NCBI GenBank assembly: GCA_002104945.1
Contig: MCFH01000081.1
Location: 126,598 to 190,597, forward strand
Reading direction: 5' to 3'
Source of the DNA: Piromyces finnis finn
Lineage: Eukaryota; Fungi; Neocallimastigomycota
Length of the DNA: 64,000 bases
Part shown: piece after piece, positions 56,687 through 64,000 of the stretch
Numbering within the stretch: the first letter of the stretch is position 1
Layout: every line of letters begins with the position of its first letter
Program-made: the position numbers and the translations under genes
The notes under the pieces: generated by a model
Database searches by the model: none
What the model was told of the DNA's origin: nothing
The model's input: the letters and a program-made list of their open reading frames with translations, nothing else

Positions 56687-58277
56687 ATTAAAAATCAATA
56701 TTTTATTTTTATATGTAATTCTAAGGTGATAAAGAAATGTATAGAAAAAAAGAGGTACCGCGCCTAACTTTTGAATTGTTTATTATTATAAATATATTAA
56801 AGCAAAAAGAAAGTTGCTTTAATGCTATGATAAATTGATGTTATCAGTCATTCCTTTTTTTCTTTAATTATTAATTATATTAGGTTAAAAAAAAAAACTA
56901 TGATTCAAAATATAATATGACTATTTAAAATGATATGAATATATTATAGTTTATTAAATATTATTTAGTAAATTTAGGTTATATTATTTGACTATACTAT
57001 TTTTACCTTGTTTGTTATAATATATAAACTCTAATGATTAAAATATTAATTTAAATTTTGATAATTTTTATTAATCCTACCAATATTGATTTTTTACAAT
57101 ATTGGATATTATGAGATATTATGAGGGAATTGTATAAAATAAAAAAAAAATTTTTTTAGTTATTTTTTTATATCAATAATTATTTTTCATCTTTTTTTTT
57201 TTTTTAATTTTATTTTAAATATAATCAATCTAAAAGATCGATTCTGACTTTTTATTTATTTATTTTTTGTAAGTAAATTTAAAATTGTACATTGTTGAAA
57301 AATAATATGACTATGTGATTATAAGAGAAAATTAAAAGAAATGTAATTATTAGGAATTGATTATAATTTAATTCTTATAATATTAAAAAGAATAATAAAA
57401 TAAAAATTGAAATCAGTTTAAATATTAGAAAATGAGAGTATAGGAAATCACTAAATTTTTTATAACATAATAAATTGATTAAAGAAAAGCTAAAATTAGC
57501 ATCAATAGAGATTGTTCACTTTTTCAATCCCAATCGACATATTATATTATTAAAGTCAATAAAAAACAAGTTATTTATATTAGCCTCCCCAAAAAACAAA
57601 AAAAAAAAATAGAAGATAGGTACTAATAAAAATAGATGTTACATACGTTAGTGTATACAGAAAATGCATTGTAATAAAATGTACTAAGCAATTAATTTAT
57701 TAAAGGATAAAAACAAATTTATAAGATTATAAAATAAAAGGCTGGTATACAATTACCATATATTAAATATAATAAACCATATATAAATAATAAATACAAC
57801 CATAGAATTTATATAAAAAACAAAAAATAAAAAGAATTTTAAAGTTAATATATTATAAAATCTTCTTGAAATTAAAATAATCTTATATATTAAATCAGAA
57901 TAAATATAAATATAAATGAATAATAATTTTTTTTAAAATTAATATATTACAAAATACAAATAATTAATATATTTAATAATTAACTTTAAAAATCTAAAAA
58001 TTTAAATATTTCCTTACCATTATTACATAATATATTATAATATACGATACCAATATAATAGAATTGAAATTGATTTTTTATTTAGAATTTTTCTATTTAT
58101 AATTATATTAAATTTTTTATAGTAAAAAAAAATTAGTTATCTTTTAAAAAAAAAACCTTTTTTCCTTATAATGTACATTTTAGATAAATTTAATAAATTA
58201 TGTTGAATGTTTTATTCATTAATAAATTTTAAAAATTTTGATTTTTATTCATAGAAATGTAATAAAATAAATAAAAA

Positions 58278-61200
58278 ATGTCAAAGAATATAGATTATCA
58301 ACCTAACTATTACAATAATAACGAAAAGTTTATATATAAAGAACAATTAAATAATCAGAACTACTCTTTAAATAAAGATAAAGAATATAATAGTAATTAT
58401 ACAGTATCCATTAATCAAACTCAGCAATCACAAATTCAATCACAATCTCAACAGCAACAGCAACAACCAAAATCTCAATTACAAAATCAATCATCACAAC
58501 AACTTTCACAACCTCCACCTTCTAAACAACAAAGTTTACCAAATATTAATAAAATGTTAAATTATGAGCCAGATTTTCATGAAGAAAATGATAATTTGAA
58601 TAAACAGAAATTACTTAAACCCTATTATAAAATGCCTCCTTCCATACCCTATCCCATGAAAAATAAAAATTATATTCCAAGCAATGCCAGTATGAATAAC
58701 AGTAATAATATGAATGTTTTAATTAATAAATTATAATTTTAAATTAAATAAAAAAAATACTAAGATAATTTATTAATTATTTACAATACACAATATATCG
58801 ATGTATATTTATTTAAAACATCTTTTAAAAAGTAACTAACAAATTATTAAATTATTTTTAAATATATATAGTATTTACATATTTAATAATTAAATTATTA
58901 AATATAAAGTTAAAATAATTGATATTTGAAAAATAGAGTTATTAATTTTTTTTTCTATAATCTTTAAAATATATTATTGAATAATAAATTCAATGTATAA
59001 TATTAATAGTGAAGATTATCATTTAATTATAAGACAACAACCCGCCTTTGCCAGATGCTCGAATTTTAATGATAAAGGTAATAAACATTTTTAAAATTAA
59101 TTACTTTGGAGAATTATTAAATTTATATTCTTTTTTAAATTATTTTTTTTTAATAGAAAGAAGACCTATTGATCCACCTCCTATTAGTAAATATCAAAAA
59201 ATTAAATATATAAAATTACATCAAAATATTCTTTTTAGATAAAATAAAGATTTTTGTTTGATTTATTATTAAAATTTATTAATATATATTAATAGTACAA
59301 TTAATCTTTGATAATGAATATATGGATGATAATAACACAAAGTAAGTATATAAGCCACATTATTTCATTTAAAGGAAAAATTATTAAAAAAACAATACTT
59401 TAAAAACATTACATTTCTATTTATGTGAATGAAATTTACTATTCATTTGTTTTTAAATAAAGATTATAACGTATTTTTTTTTATATTATATTAGTAAAAC
59501 ACTATTACACACACCATTTTTCTTTATGAGTGCAAATCTAGTAAGAGCATCGGATAGTTCACAAAATGAAGAAGAAAACAATAATCCAAAATCATTAGAA
59601 ATTATTGATGATAATGGAAAACTTGTAAAAACTACAAATGGTTTAACTGTTGCATCTTTAACAAGAATGAAAGATTTTGATGGCAGTTACGGCGCATTCT
59701 TCATTTTCCATGTAATATATTTTTGTATTATTAAGTTAATTTCATAATTTATTCTTGTTTGATATATGTGTTATATATTAAATTATTTATGTTATTCCTT
59801 ATGTATAAATAGGATATGTCTGTGTGTGAGGAAGGAACCTATAGATTGAAATTTTCACTTTATGAAATTAACGGGTAAGAAACAACAACAACAACAAAAA
59901 AAAAAAGATATTTATTAGTAGAAATAATTACATAAAAATAAATATATATATAAATTGGGGAATTTATAAAAAAGAATAAATTGTATTATTATTTTCAATA
60001 AATATAAATTATTGTATAAACCAAATTCTAATGACCTTTTTTTTTCATCTGATTTATAATTTAGAAGTGGAAAAAGATTATTATTTAGAAAATCTATTTT
60101 GTCCGAAAATTTCAAGGTATTATCAGCTAGAGAATTTCCGGGAATGAGAGGTACAATGATAAATAATAATTATTAGATTTTTTTTTTTTTTTTTTTGAAA
60201 TTATTTTTTATAAAAAGTATAGAGTTTTTGGTTCTTAAATTTAAACTAAATTAATAACATATATTTATCTTCTTGAATTAAAATTAATATTATTAATAAT
60301 TTATAAATACCTAATATTAATAATTATAATTCATTTATTATGAATTATGACATATCATCGGAACCTATTTAAAATTAAAATTCATTATTTAAATTAATCA
60401 AAAGAATCATCACCATTAGTAAAGCTTTTTGCAGAACAAGGTTTAAAAATTAGAATACGTAAGGATAAATCAATAGGAAAACACCCATCAAAAAGAATAT
60501 TTGTTGATTTACCGGGATATGATTATTATGAAAAAAAGAAAACTACATATATATATGTAGGAAAATATCCGAGATATGGATTTAAAGAACCAGAAAGAAA
60601 CAATTCAAAGAATGAATTCTATTATGAAAATGAAAATAAGAGAGTTTTAAATCATAATCATGAAAATTACATAGAAGAGCCGAATTTTCAAAATACACAA
60701 GATAGAATGCATAATAAATATATGATAAAAAAAGAAGGTTATTATGATGAAAGTGATTACTATAATAGAGAAATGAGAGGCCCAATGAATGAAAATTATC
60801 GTGTTATAAATGAAAATAATATGATAGAAAATAGAGATAAAATGAATATGAAAAATTATCTTAACAATGAAGAAATGGGATTAACTCGTTATGATAATAA
60901 CTATAGAATAATGCCACCTGGTAATAGAAGTAATATGAATGAATCAGACATGAATAAAAAAGGTAATCTTTCCTATTTTGAAAAATCTCAATTTTCCTAT
61001 TATTCGGAGGGTAAAAAGAAAATATCTAATCAATATATGAATAATCCCCCTCCCCCATATCCAAATGACCGTCGTGATGAATATAAACCAAATAGTTATA
61101 ATAACATAATACCTTCAAGACCATATCCTAACCCTCCAATGGATCATTATATGAATAATTTTAACGATAAAAATGTATATGATGATCATAGAAGTAGATA

Positions 61201-62826
61201 TGGCTACGGCTACAACAATGAACATAAGGATGGTAATGAGCCAAATATGAATCATCCTCATCCTCCCACTTCAAATATGAATAGAAATGAATTTTACCAA
61301 CGTATGCAAGGAGGAAGAAATGAAAATAATGAAGATTATGAAAGATATAGATATGAAGATGACGTACGTCATATGCCTAATCCATTGTATGATAATAAGC
61401 CTGAAGGAAATCCACCTTATAATTATCACGATAATTTAGTAAATGGTGATTATAGGCGAAAGAGAAAATTTGATTCATTTGATGATAATTATATGATAAA
61501 TAAAAATAGTGATAATAAATATAAGCACAATGATCAAAGAAAAACTCATATGGAAGATTATGATCGAATGATGGTAAGAGAAAAAAGTAGTAATGATTTT
61601 GGTCATAAAACTTTTTATAGTGCTGAAAAAGAAGAAACAAAATCATTTATTAGAAGATATCAGTATTTTGATGATCAAAGATGTAATGATTATCCTAAAG
61701 AATCTGAAAGATTCGAAGAATGTAATTATTATAATTATAAATCTAGATCAGAAGATATAGAGTCAGGTCATCCCGACAATTACCCTATTATTCCAAATAA
61801 AAAACCATCTTATAACGATTACATTTATAGAAATAATGACAATAATTCATATGATAATGGACGTAATGGTGCACCTTTACCAACCCCACCACCACCATCT
61901 TCAATGAATAAAAGTATGATGAGATATAATAGCCAAAGAGAAAATCACCCAGCAATAAATTACAGAAGAGGTAATTTTTTAAATAATATATATATTGAAA
62001 ACTAAAACTAAAAAAATTAAAATTAAAAATATGCACTATTAACAATTCATGATCTTATTAATAATGTATAATAGATTATAATGATATGGCCAACAGGCAT
62101 GGACAATACGATTATAATCCAAGTGATTATCCAAATAATCCAAATAGTGGAAGCAGAAATGGTTCAAAATATAGCTTCTACTCTAATTATGAAGAAAAAC
62201 GTTTCAATTCAGCAAAAGAAATGAGTAGATATGAACCACCAAATAGAAATGGTAATGGTAATCCTCCAAATATGCCAAAAAAAGACATATATTATCCAGA
62301 TAATGAAAGTAATAATTATTATAATCGTGATAATAAAAATTATTATAATAATGAAAACCAAGATATATATCCACCATCCTATATTCCAATAAAAAAAGAA
62401 AGTAATGATCTAATAACAAGAAATGATAATAGAGGTGATAATACATTTAAACCTGTTATAGGAATAGATGATTACAATTATCAACAAAAAACAAATAATA
62501 ATAATAGTAATAACAAAAACAGTAATAATCATAATGTATCTTTGGTATATAATAATCAAGGACCACATAATAATCAACCATCACCACCAAATAATAATCC
62601 AGGGCCATATTATAATCAAGATAAAGATAACTATCCTTCATATTCAAACATAAACGACAATGATAAAAGAAATTTATATAATATTGAAAAAAAAGAAGAG
62701 TTAAATCGTACTGATGATAACTACAGATCTAATAATATCAATAACAAAATTAAGGATATTATAAATGATAATAATAATTTACAAAATAACACGAGAATCA
62801 ATATTCGTAATGTGATTAATGAATGA
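58278..62826 (+). CDS. Velvet-domain transcriptional regulator with long N/Y/D/P-rich C-terminus, about 9 exons
   Basis: YHLIIRQQPAFARCS; ERRPIDPPPIIQL; PFFFMSANL; GLTVASLTRMKDFDGSYGAFFIFH^DMSVCEEGTYRLKFSLYE; VLSAREFPGMR^ESSPLVKLFAEQGLKIRIRK. Confidence 0.92.
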
Positions 62827-63738
62827 ATCAAAAATATTAACAATATTAACAGAAACAATGATAAAAATAATAATTAAAAACGCAAGACGTATTTTATACC
62901 AGAATATAATATTTTAATATTAAAATATGTATAAAAAAGAAAAAGGAAAAGAAAAATTATCATTTATAATATAAATTTATTTATTGCGTTTTTATTTCTT
63001 TTTTTTTTTTTTTTTTCAATTCAATTTCAATTTTATATATACGCAACATAAAAAAAAACTATGAGCTTATTTTATGGATTAATAATTATTTATAAATATA
63101 ATTATTTATGAATTATTAATTTTTCTAAAAAGAAAAATAGAATAGCTTATTTTATCATTATTTAAATGCTACAATTAATGTTGCTTTAAATATAACATAG
63201 CATGTGATAGATGCTAAAATTTAGTGTTTATTATATATGTAATATTTTTTAATTTTTTTTTTTTTTTTATTATAAAAAAAATACAAGTTTTTTTAACTCC
63301 GATATAGAATGATATAACTAATAAAAAAATTTTTTTATTAAAGCTACAAATTTAAATTATTATTATAGATAATTTATATTAATTCAAAAAAGAAAAAAAT
63401 AAAATTTTATAGAGATCATTATATCTATAATAAAAAGTTGATATTATTATTATTAGAAAACTTTAAAATATAATATAATTTTGGGATAATAATTGCGAAG
63501 TAAATTTAAAGCAAAAATTATCAAAAAAAAAAAAGTAAATTTTTACTTTTTTTTTTTAGTATTATTATTATTTTTAGTTCCTAGTCGATTTGTATATATC
63601 ATATTAATATTTATTTATTATATTATTATCATTTGCCTTTGAAATATTCAAGTAATACAAAAACAAAATTAAAATAAATTATTGTAATATCTTGCTTTTT
63701 TTTTTTTTTATTTTTTTGAATAAATAAAAAATATAAAA

Positions 63739-63870
63739 ATGTCTCAATGGACAGAATGGCAGTTACAAAAGTTTCAAGTTTTATTTGGAAAGTATGCTAA
63801 AAAGAAGTTGGATCAAATAAACAATGAATATAGACTTTATATTAAAGAGAAATCCTTAATGGATATTACA
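63739..63870 (+). CDS. First exon of a gene continuing beyond the window
   Basis: ATG-initiated 44-codon frame (MSQWTEWQLQKFQVLFGKY...) ending at a GTAATT donor. Confidence 0.55.
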
Positions 63871-63952
63871 GTAATTTTTATTTTTTTTTTTATGAAATAT
63901 TTTTTTCTTCATTGATATAATAAAGATTTTTATTAAAATTTTACATGATTAT

Positions 63953-63989
<37 letters not shown>

Positions 63990-64000
63990 TTATTATTATT

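Overview
Very AT-rich, intron-rich eukaryotic DNA with short GT-AG introns, poly-A/T tracts and (AAT)n microsatellites. Gene content (Velvet regulator, Oca-type phosphatase, flagellar ZMYND12, 7TM-RGS) fits a zoosporic fungus, most likely an anaerobic gut fungus (Neocallimastigomycota); this is inferred from composition and genes. About 20 protein-coding genes were reconstructed by manual splicing: tetraspanin, Sec17/alpha-SNAP, FNBP4-like WW protein, C9orf85-like, a small RING protein, MINPP1-like histidine phosphatase, an orphan repeat/poly-His protein, LSm2, ZMYND12, an unknown multi-exon protein, a RING-TRAF-SPRY protein, TFIP11, a 7TM-RGS protein, three tandem intronless Hsp70s, an unknown protein, a Flightless-I-like gelsolin protein, an Oca4-like pseudophosphatase and a Velvet-domain protein. 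No rRNA, tRNA, CRISPR or intact mobile element was recognised. The most striking feature is the Hsp70 triplet at 33.4-40.5 kb. All three copies keep core ATPase residues but share an R-to-Q change at the Hsc70 R171/DnaK R167 allosteric position, have a polar interdomain linker, lack the EEVD tail, and have strongly diverged substrate-binding domains with mosaic identity between copies. This suggests an allosterically rewired Hsp70 subfamily. Exon boundaries were read by eye and are approximate where stated.
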